Origin: Okamejei kenojei
Lineage: Eukaryota
NCBI GenBank assembly: GCA_035221665.1
Contig: CM069162.1
Location: forward strand, 25,854,001-25,918,000
Length of the DNA stretch: 64,000 bases
Direction of reading: 5' to 3'
Below, one piece after another: positions 25,284 through 38,000 of the stretch. Below the pieces are notes generated by a model. It was not told where the DNA came from, did no database searches, and saw only the letters and a program-made list of their open reading frames with translations. Each line of letters starts with the position of its first letter. The stretch's first letter is position 1. Made by a program: the position numbers and the translations under genes.

Positions 25284-25747
25284 ATTCCCAACTCTTTCCA
25301 ACACTGCAAAAAGGACATTTATTTTGGAAAGACCTAATGTAGTTGAACAGTTTTTAATGTCTGGAAATAAAACGGGGATGCACACTCTTGCACAGGATGC
25401 ACATGGTTTACGACCTCTTGGTAACATGATACCTGTTGTGTTGCCACAATCTGTGCCTGGGGCCCCACTCCCACACGGTCATATGCGCCTGAGAGAAGTG
25501 CAGACTTTTTACTTGTAACCCATGCATATCACTGCCACTAGTTAATTAATACTCATAGCTTTTATATTACATATATATTTTTGCATTTATATTCCAGAGG
25601 GACTGGCACAGATTAAAAAAAAAGAAGAATTAGTCCATCATTTCTAATTCTTTTTATGCAATGATGATTTGGTTGTGGAAATCGTGGAAAAAGTGCGAAA
25701 CTTCAACTGCAATTTCTTTGAATGGCTGGCACGTGGAACTTCTGCTG

Positions 25748-26011
25748 TCAGGTGTCCACGAGGAGAGGAGTGTGTTCCTCAACTTCATCATCAGGAGGAA
25801 TCTCATAAATTACAAACAGAGAAGAGTACAGGCACCCGATGAAAGAGGTCAGACTGGCAAAGTACATCACCCCACTGGCACTACCGACCGCTGATGTTAG
25901 CGGGCCCATTACAATAGAAACGATGATCTGTGCAAGAAAGTATTGACAGCTCAGGAGTGAAATGTCCACACCCATCCCTCGCTTAGTCCCATTCGCATTG
26001 GGTCCTACAAA
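25748..26011 (-). CDS. slc45a1: slc45a1 last coding exon
   Basis: ttctag|TTTGTAGGA; [20 protein letters not shown]...HTPLLVDT*. Confidence 0.93.
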   Translation of the reverse strand, partial: FVGPNANGTKRGMGVDISLLSCQYFLAQIIVSIVMGPLTSAVGSASGVMYFASLTSFIGCLYSSLFVIYEIPPDDEVEEHTPLLVDT

Positions 26012-29000
26012 CTAGAAAAAAATAATATACTGCATGTTAGAGACAGATATCCATCAGCATTAGTCATTACAAAAGATCAATGGAATAACTAACCAACAAG
26101 AGACAATGATAACTTTAAAAAAAAAGTAAATGTGAATTAAATATTATCCATTTCAGTCAAAGACAGCACCTTGGCACTCTCAAGCATATGCAGCACAGGT
26201 TAGATACTGGGTAAAATTACACAGACCCATCAAATGCTCCACAGGCAGATACAAGATGGATTCGACACATAATAACGCTCCCTGAACATTGTTCCATCAA
26301 ATAGTCCAAGCACAACACAGAATAAATTCAAACCCTAACCCACTAAGTATAGATCAAGGTGGAGTAGCCTCTTTACGATCTTATATCAAAAATTCTGCAA
26401 ATTGTTAAACTCCTAAATTGGTCTCCAAATTATGTCCCTCTCACTAGAAGCTTTGACAACAAAAATTCTTGGCTTAGACTGCTATATCTTAAAATTGAAA
26501 AATAAGCAGAAACAAAAGTAACTCAGAAACTGTTCTCCGATGCTGGTTGGATGCAGTTTTGTTATTAACTATAGTATGCATTATGTGAGTGTACACTTTT
26601 GTTATGAGTTTATACCTTTTTGCTCTGGTAGTATTCACACAGCAACGAGTAGGGCAGAGTACAGAGTGAAGAAAACAGGACCCCATATGTAACGCAAAGT
26701 GATAAAAGAACATAGCTATTCCGGGACAGAGTAGCTATGCCAGTGCCAATTCCAAAGCATAGATAACCAAAGAAGTAGAGAGTTCGGATACTGAAGCGCT
26801 CTTCAAGCTTCTCCAACAGTGCTGTAGAAAGAAAGGAACATGTGATAGAACACTAGATACGTGGATCCAGTGGTTATGGTCAGGGTTATAGAGCAGTCAT
26901 ATTTTGCAAGGGTTTTTTGGTGTTATGTGTTGGATGCTTAAATTAGATGGCTGAATAAAATCAAAATACTACACAATGAGAAATGCGTAAAACAAAGCTG
27001 AAAATGTGTTGAGAAAAATGAAGTAAATGTTTGAAGATAAAGTTAGAGTTAGTGTAATGGATTATGATAGAGTTAGTGTAATGGATTATGATTTATTGCA
27101 TCCTGATGCGATGAGTGGTGATGTGTTGTGTAGTGCTATCATGTTGAATGATGCTAAAGTGGTGACCATTGGCAAACTGGATGCTGCCAAGTTAGGTGCT
27201 GGCATCTCAGGTTGCAGTTGTTGAATGCCATGGTAGTGTACTGCATAATTTGGTTCCACACTGGGCAGTGCTTTCACACACCATGCTGGCTAATAAGGTA
27301 CCGTCTTAATTTCAGTTCCACATTTTGATACGAACTGCTGCTTCAAAAAGAGGTTGTGGTACAATTTTGCAGACATTCAGATCTTGTTTTCTCTCAGCTC
27401 AATAATCAGGTTTCACAATCTCTGCACAGAAACTGTGCTCTCTGGGTGTGTTTGGTCAATGGAGAATTACTCTACTTTCAGGGGTAGGCACACAGTTTGT
27501 GTATAATAATGAGGACAACTAGAAATCTGAAATCTGATAAACTCACAGAAAATTGTGGCAACACATTGTTTTACCAGAAACAGAGGGAAAAATGTTTTTC
27601 TTGGATAATTATCAGAATTAAATAATGCATTCAATGTTCCAGATGTTGGCAGTTGATGGAAGTACCTTCACAGATCCAGTTGTCCATTCTGTTTGTCTTT
27701 GTTTTTTACAGAGAAATTCTTAATGAATTCCCATTGCCAGAATTAGTCAAGATCGTTTTAAAACTGAGCCACTGTCACCTACTGACACCCTATTCACAGA
27801 GTATAGTCACAGGTAATATGACTGCCATGCCCTCAATATACACAGCCACCAACTGCATAATTGGCCATCACAACAAGTACTCAAAACAGACATGGCTACC
27901 CAGCTCACAATAAACACAGCCATCTTTCATAATAGCTGATATGGCCATAGCAGCAGGAGAAGATTGCCTTCAGCATATATGGCCACTCTTGCCCACAGAA
28001 AACTTAGCAATCACACCCATAGAAAATGGCCATTCTGTATCGTTGACATTGCATATTTCCCATGGCATACTTCTTGGCTTTTTTTTTGTTTTGTTTTACC
28101 AATACAATTTAAAATGATGGTATATGGATATTTTTACTTGTTTATATTATTGCATTGAATTAACAATTCTGAATATGATTTATGGACCACACTACTTGCC
28201 AGTTCCATCAACATGGAACTTGCATGCAACAAAATTCAACAATTCTTCCAGTTCTACAGAGCATAGGACCGCCTTTCCCGAGACCTCCCTATGTAACAGA
28301 TTAGATACTCCCAGATTAATTACAAAATTCAATGTCCCAGAACTGAGTATCTTGCCCTTTGGCAACAAATAGACAAATCCACAATGAGGCTGCCTGGAAT
28401 TCATCATAGTACTGAATCTGAACAGGGGTCATCGGTCTAGAAATCCTACACGCCTCCAGGGTTTACTGACATTGCACTCTGTAGGGGCCCAACAGCCAGA
28501 TTCTATCCAAATGAGGCACAAAGTAAACATGAAGAAAGGCCTTTGCTCCAAGTACAATTACAAATAAGATAACCACAGCTATGTTTGTTACTGATTAGCT
28601 AGCAGAGGTTGTCCAAAGGTTTTGGGGCTGGTAGGGGTGGGGGAGAGGGGGTTGGTGGTCAGGCTGGATCAAGCCGGGAATCAGGTGTGTTAAGGGATAG
28701 AGAGACATAAGGGGAAGGAAGATCTATGGGGTGATTGTCAAGCTATTGGTAGCGATAGTTGGGAAATTGGATGCATGATTATATAATGAGGGTTTCAGAT
28801 TTGCTGCTCCACAGTCATTTCGAGGCATCGGTGATTTGGACCAATTACTGGCACACATTCTGGTTTGGTCTACGATGGTGTCGTTTTACTGGTGCAATGA
28901 GATATAACACCACAATTTAATATCCCCTGACATCAGTCTGAAGAAGGCTCTCAACCTGAAATGTCACCCATTCCTTCTCTGCAGAGATGCTGCCTCACCC

Positions 29001-32000
29001 GCTGAGTTACTCCAGCATTTTGTGTCTCCCACGATTTAATAAATGTATATTTTAACTCAAATCCATGTGATGTATTTTGTCAAAAATATGTAACTAGCTT
29101 TGGCATTGCATTGTATTGTTAGTATTGGTGTTTGAGCAGAGTCCCCACAGTGTAGATTCAGTGCCTTACCTGAATATAAAGCTGCACTGAATGCATAGAT
29201 ACACATTCCCCAGCAGCCCACGCTCACTCCTGTGTTGTACTTTTGAAATGCTTCAGAGTCGAGAGGTGCCTTGGGGTCCCCCCCGTATACCACCTCCCCC
29301 ATGAAGTCTGTGTAGAAAAGCAGCATCCCTTCAAATGACAGCCAACCTGGAGAGGGAGAGCACACTAGTGATAAACAAAAAGCTCACAACAAGGATTTAA
29401 GATTAGGCAGTGCATCTTATTTTAACCATACAGCACAGAATGAGGCATCTGGGTAGATAAGACATTAAAACCATTCTTTCAATCTACAGCCCGTGGATGC
29501 AGCTGACAAAGCTTATGTATATTGCTGATTCCTAACTCCTTGAGAAGATTGTAGTGAGATAACTTGAACTCCTTCAGTCCACTGGATGAGGATACTCCCA
29601 GTGTTATTGGAAACGCTCTAGGATTTAGGCTCAGTAATGATGCAGGATTGGTAATATATTTTCAAGACTAGAATGTATTTTGAAGAAGAAATTGCATATA
29701 TTGGTAATCCTTGCCCATTTCTAAGTTTGAGAACCGGTTGGTGTTAACTAAGTAACTTTAACAAATAACAACAGTGCATTTTGTTAATGGTACCAAGTAA
29801 TGAGTGTGAATGTTTAGGGTGAGTGATGTAGTGTCAGTCAGGAGGGCTGTTATATCCTAAATGGGGTTGAGATTCACCAGTTAAGTTGAAGGTGTATTTT
29901 TCATGGTATATGGACAATATTTCATCATGCTCATGCTCCTGATTTTTGCTCATTGATTATGGAAAGGCTTTGTTCTGTCAGATATTAAGTAACTTGAAAT
30001 AGAATATCCAACTTCTAACCTGCTCTTATAACCACAATATTTATATGGCTGCCCAGTTAATTTTCGGTCAATAATCAGTGTGAGGATGTGTAGGAAGGAA
30101 CTCCAGATGCTGGTTTACACCGAAGATAGACACAAAATGCCGGAGTAAATCAGTGGGACAGACAACATCTGGAGAAAAATAATGGGTGAGATCCTTCTTC
30201 AGACTGTCTGTTCATCTAATAATTGTTAGGATGTTGATAGTAGGGAACATGGCAATAGTGATGCAAATGAATATAAAGTATAAGTGATTAGACCCTCATT
30301 AGCTGGTCCAACTTCAAATTATCAGCTCATGTCTGAATGTTGACCAGACTTGCTGGTGCAAGTATGGGCTGCTTCATTTTCTGATGAGCTGCTAAAGGGA
30401 TGAAATATTGTGTGATTATCAGCAAACTTTACTACCTCAAATCTTATGATGGATGGAAGGTCTTTGATTAAACAGCTGATCCCCAGGACAATGGCCTGAT
30501 AAATCCTTAGGATGGGGCTTAGATTATTGACAAAGTTATGAGTGAGTTGATGTCCAATGACCTCAATTTACCAGGGTTTCTTAAGGCCATGAACAGTAAT
30601 CTGCTGTATTGATATAGGGCTGTCACACTGGAATTCAGCTCTGCTGTCTGTGTGTGAAGTCTAAAGTTAAATAGTCCTCATGCTGAACAGCAGAGCAAGT
30701 TATTGGTGAGTAGGTGCCATTTCATAACACTGTTGACAATTCCTTTGCTTATGATTGAGAATGGATTGCTGTGGCCAGATTTAACCAGATTGCATTTGTT
30801 CCTGACTTTTAAGCACAGGGCTAATCTGGACAATTTTCCACATTATCGGATGGATGCTGGTATTGTAGCTGTACTCAAACAGCTGGCTCTGAGGCATGGC
30901 GAGTTCCGCAGCAAAAGTATTCAGGTCTACCAACCTGTCTCTGTTAGCACTTCTACCTGAAGTTGGCTTCAGACTTGCCTTTAACAATGAAGTGTTGGGC
31001 AGTATCATTACTGAGGATAAGGATACTTTCAGAGACACCCCTGCTGTCCATCATATTTATGACCAATGATGCCCACCCAGTAGAGCCTTTATGTAATCCA
31101 CAGTGCCCAACTGCCAATATCAAACTTTTTTTTATGCTTAGGTTTGTTACAGCTTAGCCAATTATAAGTATATCTTGTTCCTGGCGTACCTCATTGAACC
31201 AAGGATGCTCTCACAGTTTGTCAGTAAGGATTGGATGAGTAATGTGTTATGCTTTGATGTCACTGATTATGGGGTGGGAGATTGCAACCTTCACGTGGTC
31301 CGCCCTGTTTCGACAAATGCAATCAACCCCGCGTGCACAATCAAGTAAGATCAAATAGAACAAGGTGTCCGACAACTTCAGGCTGTGCACGCCGTACGCA
31401 AGAAGAAGAAGAAGACACTGATTATGTCAAATATGTATGCCCAGTTTTACAGTTGTTCTGAATCTAACCTCTTTAAAAAATAGTAATGCCTCACAAACAA
31501 TAAAGAGTGTCCTTGGCTTGAAAACAATGTTTTTCTTGTATTCATTTAATTCCCTTTTAAAATTATTGAGTTTCCCTCGAACTGAAAGCAACATGTACTT
31601 ACACCACAAATCTCCTTTTAGGGCTTTGGCCAATTGAACACAAATCAGGAATTTATCTCCCACATTTAGACTCTATACTATCGCATGTTTATGTTGTCAA
31701 CAACTTTGGTAAATTTGCCTCACAAACTGCTGTGCTCATTCAAAACAAGATCCTCAACATAAGGTGTAACTTCCAGCAGAGACAATATGAGAAACAGTCC
31801 TCCTTCGTCTAAGCTGTACAATACCAGTGCCACAATCAGAGAGGAACATTCACAACATGGAACTTTGGGCTGTAGTCATTGGTCAAGGGGAGGGGTGGGT
31901 ATAGGACCAGACATAGTGATTTTTAACAAGGCAGATTTCTTATAGTTAGTTGATACTTGGAGCAATATTGCAAAATTGCAGAAGTCTCCTTGTCTGAAAC

Positions 32001-35000
32001 GAGATGTTCTGTCCGATTTGGAATGTGGAAAAAAGAATGTTCATTCATTTGTATGTGGGACTCCCAGCCTTGGAGAGGCAACTCCAGGCAGCAGAGTATG
32101 CAAGTGGGACTCAACAAAGACATCACACTCAGCACCCACAAATTATTCAGCACATTAAAGGGGTTTGCGTGTGGGTAAAGTATTTCTCTGTCTAAAATGA
32201 ACTTCTAAAAGTAGTCAGATTTAAACTCCTGCACAAACCCCTGTGTGAGGATACAAAGTGAAATCACAACCACAAATATTGAGGGCATGATCGATAAGCA
32301 TAAAGTCAGTCAAATACATTCCCGTTGAGATGGACGAGAGAGTAAATGCTTTGGAAGAGTTTGCCGTGGTCAAACCTATCATAGTTGAGGACTTTTAGAA
32401 GATGTTTGGACAGGTATATGAATAGAAAAGATTTTGAGATATGGGCCAACTGCAGAGAAATGGCATTAAAGTTAGACACAAAATGCTGGAGTAATTCAGC
32501 GGGACAGGCAGGATTTCTGGAGCGAAGGAATGGCATTAGGTCTGGAAGACTGCTCGGTCGGCATGAATGGGCTGGGCTAAAGGGCCTGTTTCCATGCTGT
32601 GGAACTCAATAATTCTAAGGGCAAGAACTGTGGTTAATGTCAGAGAGAAAATGTTCAATGTGGCTTTTAGTAGGGCCGACTCGTTGTTGTGTGCGGAGAT
32701 CATCCCTTGCTATCTTGCTAAGATATTTAAGATTGTAAGAAATCTTATTGGACACAGGCAGCTCCCCCTACCTTCTCCACCATTCAAGAAGATTATGGCT
32801 GATCTTTTACCACAGCGTCACCTTCCTGAACTAATCCCATATCCCTCAGTTGCATAAACATTCAAAAACGTATTGATCTCTGTCCTGAAAATATTCAGGG
32901 ACTGTGCCTTCATTGCCATCTTGTGTAGAGAAATCCACAAATTCATGCCTCTTTTGGTGAAGACATTTATTCTCATCTCAGTCATGACTGGTTCTGGACT
33001 TGCAGCCAGGGGAAATATCATCTCTACATCTTTTCTGTCAAGCCAAGATAAAAAAAATAATTTGTTATGTTTCAATGAGTTCACCACTCCTTCCATTAAA
33101 ACCTAGAGAGCATAATGCAGAATGCTTAATCTCTCCTCAGCATCTCTGGTGACCCTTCACTGCACCCCCTCTATTGCAAGGAGATATTTTCTTAGCTAGA
33201 CCGACCTAATGTAGATCATTGCGGATATGAGTGCATGAATTGCAGTATGACCACTTTGCTCTTGCATTCAAATTACTTCTCAACCCCTATTCCTAGCCTT
33301 CCACAGGTCAGTATTTACAGCACAGCATTCGATGACAGCTGAACAGATAGTGAGAGTTATACCCAAGAAGTGATTGACACACAGATTCCGCAGTGGTTTT
33401 GGCATCTGACAAATTGATGAAAACAAGACAGATGTGGAGAGCGGCCTCTCAGATAATTCTTCTGCGCTATTCAAGTCAGTCTCGTATTTCACTCCATTCA
33501 GCAAGATGTTCGCAACCTGTAACAAGATTAAACCAGTCACTGCAATCTGAATTTATCAGCTCATCCTGCATCTCTGCATCTTTATGGCTTCCTCCCCGCC
33601 TCCTCCCCTGAAGATGCCGACATTCACTGGGGTTCTCAATGTACCCTTCAACTGTTCTGCATACTCTCTCAGGATATAGGATACTTCTTCCTCCGGACAT
33701 ATAATAATTATCTCCTGATCTTATTTATACAATGTCTCAATGTGCTTCCCTCTTGTCCGCAGCTCCAATATCTTTTGTATAAAGATGTTACTCGAATTTG
33801 ACTTTTATTGCCAATTTGAAATCATGACCCAATGAAGTTAAACCCATAATGAAAAAATGATTTGTATTTCTATTGCGTAATTTTCAGATTTCCAGCACCT
33901 GCAGATTCCTTTTGCTTTTCAACTTGCAGTCTAAGCACATGTACTTCACTAGGGGGAGTTATTCTCCCCTTAGCCCGTCTCATTAATACTTGCCTCCAGT
34001 TCTCCGTGTATCTCTTATCCATTTCCCATTTCAACTTGTGGACCCTGGGATTGAAACTTCAAATAATGCAACGGTGACAAACATTGCATTATTATGTGCA
34101 ACAATCAAATCATTGCCTTCTGAACTTCAAATATATCACAACTATCCAAAAGTCATAGACATCTCTACACTTGCAACTGTTTTGTTAATGTTTGGATGTT
34201 GATGATGTAGGTCCTTTTTCTATAACCCAATGTCTTATTAAACACCGGCAGCTTTTAGGTTTGGCACCATAACAAAAAAATAATAATTTGCAAAGCTTTT
34301 GTGTAATACAGCTCATGAATCATGTACATGATTCTCTGGGGATCATAAATTGCTATAATGCACCAGCTCACTCCTGAGAATATTGTTAAATCTGTTAAAC
34401 ATTTTAGCCTGTATTACCCGATTCAAAGCCCAGACAAAAACAGGACTATCAGGGTCATCGCATCTGTTGATGAATAATCCCCTCAAGAAGCAAATGGATA
34501 GTGATCTGGAGATGGTCGACGTTTTAAGTCAAAACATTTTCTGTGGGTTGGACTTAACACTAACTGATCCCATACTGTACCAGGGTGATGTGAACTGATC
34601 CCAGCAATGAGTATGATGAGCATTTGATGGCACTGGGCCTCTACTCGCTGGAGTTTAGGAGGCACCTTATGGAAACTTACTGAATAATGAAAGGCCTGGA
34701 TAGAGTAGATGTGGAGAGGATGTTTCCACTAATGGAGAGTTTAGGACCAGAGGACATAGCCTCAGAATTAAAGGATGTTCTTTTAGGAAGGAGATGAGGA
34801 GGAATCTCTTTAGTCAGAGGGAGGTGAATCTGTGGGATTCGTTGCCACAGGAAGCTGTGGAGGCCAAGTCAATGGATATTTTTAAGGCAGATAGATTCTT
34901 GATTAGTATGAGTGTCAGGGATTATGGGGAGAAGTCAGGAATGGGGTTAATAGGGAAAGATAGATCGGCTATGATTGACTGGCAGAGTATACTTGTTGGA

Positions 35001-38000
35001 CCAAATGGGCTAATTTTGCTCCTATCATTAATGAACTTGTGAACTCCCAAGGCTATGAATGTAGTGAGAAGAACAAACCTGCAACATTAACCAGTCCTGC
35101 AACATCCAAAATCTGCAAAGGGATTGTGAAGTTTGGGATCAAACAGAATTCATGGTCAGGGTGTTAAAGCCAGATTTATTCTATCATACGGTGGCACTGG
35201 AACACCGTAACGTGAATAATCCTGAGTTCAGCATCTGAAATAATGAGAGCCCAGTCATTCCGGTGGGGTGATTATTAACTCTCTGATCCAGGAATAGTTT
35301 TATCCCTAAACCTTAGGAAACGATGGTTGTGCCTTCTTCGGCACTCTCAAAAACTGATCAAGGGGTTCACAAATTTTAGGGGGAGGGGGGGTCATCCTGC
35401 TTTTCAAATCGAACATGTTGTATCTGTGTCCAAAAGTGCTGTGTGCATCTGCAATTGGTTACTGAGTTTTTCAGCCGGGCATGTTGTACATTACATTGAT
35501 AATGCGCTGGTGAGATTCCCAATGGGACTGACAAATCTCTCTGACGGGAATTCATTATGTCTTCAAAATGCTCAACATTACTGGATGGACTGGGTCTAGT
35601 TTTTGTGTGTTTCTGGAATTACTTGACCAGGTAAAATCTGAACCTATGGAGACCAGAAGAAGGTATTCTGTGGAGAAAGGGTGGGAGAGTATGGGCCTAA
35701 CTGACCCACTTAAGTAGCCACATCATTCGGAAACCAGTTGGGTTTTTAATAATACTCAAACTGACCAATGATGTGTATATTAGTCCCGAACACACAATTC
35801 CTAACCAACACCGCCCCCTCGTTGCACTGTTTCACCGCTCTCTTTGCCAATCGCCCTCCAAATGCTGAGTGCCCTCCACCTCCCAAGGCTTACTCCATCC
35901 CCCACAACCCCGCCCCATGCCTCACCGAACTGTATGCTCCTTTGATGTATCTTTACCTGTTGACTGAAGGTCACTGTCCGTCTGCGACTACTGTCACTGC
36001 CATTTGCCAGGTAACTGTTCGGAATACTCAATGTCTCCGGCCTTTTGAGAATTCCTGATGCTGAATTTCTTGTGATTTCAACCTGCAGGTTCTCAGGATT
36101 TTCAGCCACCATCGCAGATCCCATTTCCTCATTTTCAGTTTCGTCAGGTATCCGGGGGAGACTGGAGCTGAGGGTGTGTCTGGGCATGCTGAGGTATTGG
36201 TCATTGGCTCCTGTGTAGCAGTCAATCAGGACCGTGTCAATATAGGAAGTTCCATAGGATGAGGCAAACTCATTAATCCCGGTCAGAGAGCTGTCACGGC
36301 TCATAAAACTCCCATACTTGGGGGTGAGGGGGCTTAGTGGGGAAATGGGACTGGTCATACCGTTGTAGATTCGCGTGACACTCTGGCCAGTAGTCTGGCT
36401 TCTGTCGTCATCAAGTGCCATTGGTGGAGAAGGAGGTAGAGCAAGGCTGGGGCTCTTCATCACTTTTTTCCTTTTGCCCTGTGCGTTCAGTGGCTTCTCT
36501 TGGATACTTGTCAGCGTCAGAAGAGTAGTGACTGACAGCGTTATTGCTGTGAAAATGTAGACAACCCGGAGCTGACCTCCTAAAGCTCTTCCAAAATTGG
36601 TCTGATCCCATTTGATCCCACCAATGACGTAACCGAACCCGCCTCCGAGACCTAGATGGATTTAAAAGAGAAGCATTATGCAGCAAACTAGCAAATCTCA
36701 TTCCATTCTGTGTGGATGTGGAACAATCATACACAACTGAGTAGAGGGAAGGGAAAGGTTAGTGTTCATTTGTAATGCAGGAAAGAAAATGTAATGCAAG
36801 GATATGATCTAACCAGACCCCGTATCTGACTAACTCTTAGGGTCATAAATCAGTGATGAAATGTTGTATAATGGAGACAAACCTGCCAGGAGTGCATGGA
36901 TATTCAGGCCCCGGTCCTGATCCTCTGGACAGCAGACGTCCATCATATAGGCGTGGGTGGGGTTGTCTGCTGAATCAGCACTGAAGTCCATCAGCACCAC
37001 ACCACAGATGGTCAGGATGATGCCCCATTTATGATTAGTGACTGTGTCAGCAACAGCAAGACCCATGTCCCTGCCATTAAGCAGCAGCGAGAGGCCAATC
37101 AGTGCACCTGGAACAAAGCAACACAGTAAGAAGATCAAACCCACATTGAAAGGAAGTGAGCGAGTTTAAAGTTGCAAATGCACAGCACCTTGGAAACTTG
37201 ACTCCTAACTTGCATTTTTAAACTAAGCCACATGTGTAACCTTTGAGGAGAGGCTATTTAGCTATTTCAATAAGGCAATTGTTCATTAAGAGCAAAATTA
37301 CAGGCTCTGGGGGTTTCAGCCCAGTGCATAAGGGTTGCCTGAGCTTCTCACAATTTCCCAGTGAAACGAAGGTGAGAACATTGGGTAGGAGCTAAACAGA
37401 TGATAACCAAAACCTGTCATCGATTCTGAGCTCACAGCTCCTTTTTCAAGTAACTCTGTGGAAGACTTTCTTCACAGAAGTTGCACAGTGTCAAAGTGTA
37501 ACTTTTCTGAGTGCTGGAGGGGACCCCCTGATAAATAGGTTTTGTAGCTCTAAGCAGCCTCGTCACCAGTATCCTGCAATGCAGCAGAGTTTAGAAGAGT
37601 CTTGGGAACAGCACCGTCAGCACCTTGCAACCCACAGTGAAAAGGAATCAGCAATGAAATCCAGCTCAGAGAAGCTTAGGAGGTGACTTCGGCACTGGAT
37701 TAGTAGCTTTTTGCAGCCTGCTGTACAGGATTTCCATCCTGTTGGATATGGAGGTCAGGCTTTATCAATGGCTACCAAAATAGTTGTTGTTCTCAACCAT
37801 TTTGCCTCATCCCAGGCCTCTGCCAGAGATGTTTGCAGCATCACACAATTGGTAATACATAAATAACCATATAACCATATAACTATTACAGCACGGAAAC
37901 AGGCCCTCTCGGCCCTTCCAGTCCGTGCCGACCATTTGTTTTCCCCTAGTCCCATCTTGAGGCAGGTAATCTGCCTATATCAATACATGAGGCAGGTAAT

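Noticed and set aside
27044-27300. 23-bp tandem duplication and a 63-aa minus ORF followed by AATAAA in a slc45a1 intron
   Set aside because: No recognisable homology or convincing splice sites. Cannot support a gene call.
35801-35956. ORF extension beyond slc45a1 exon 4
   Set aside because: Intronic read-through past a good CAG|gtaaag donor.
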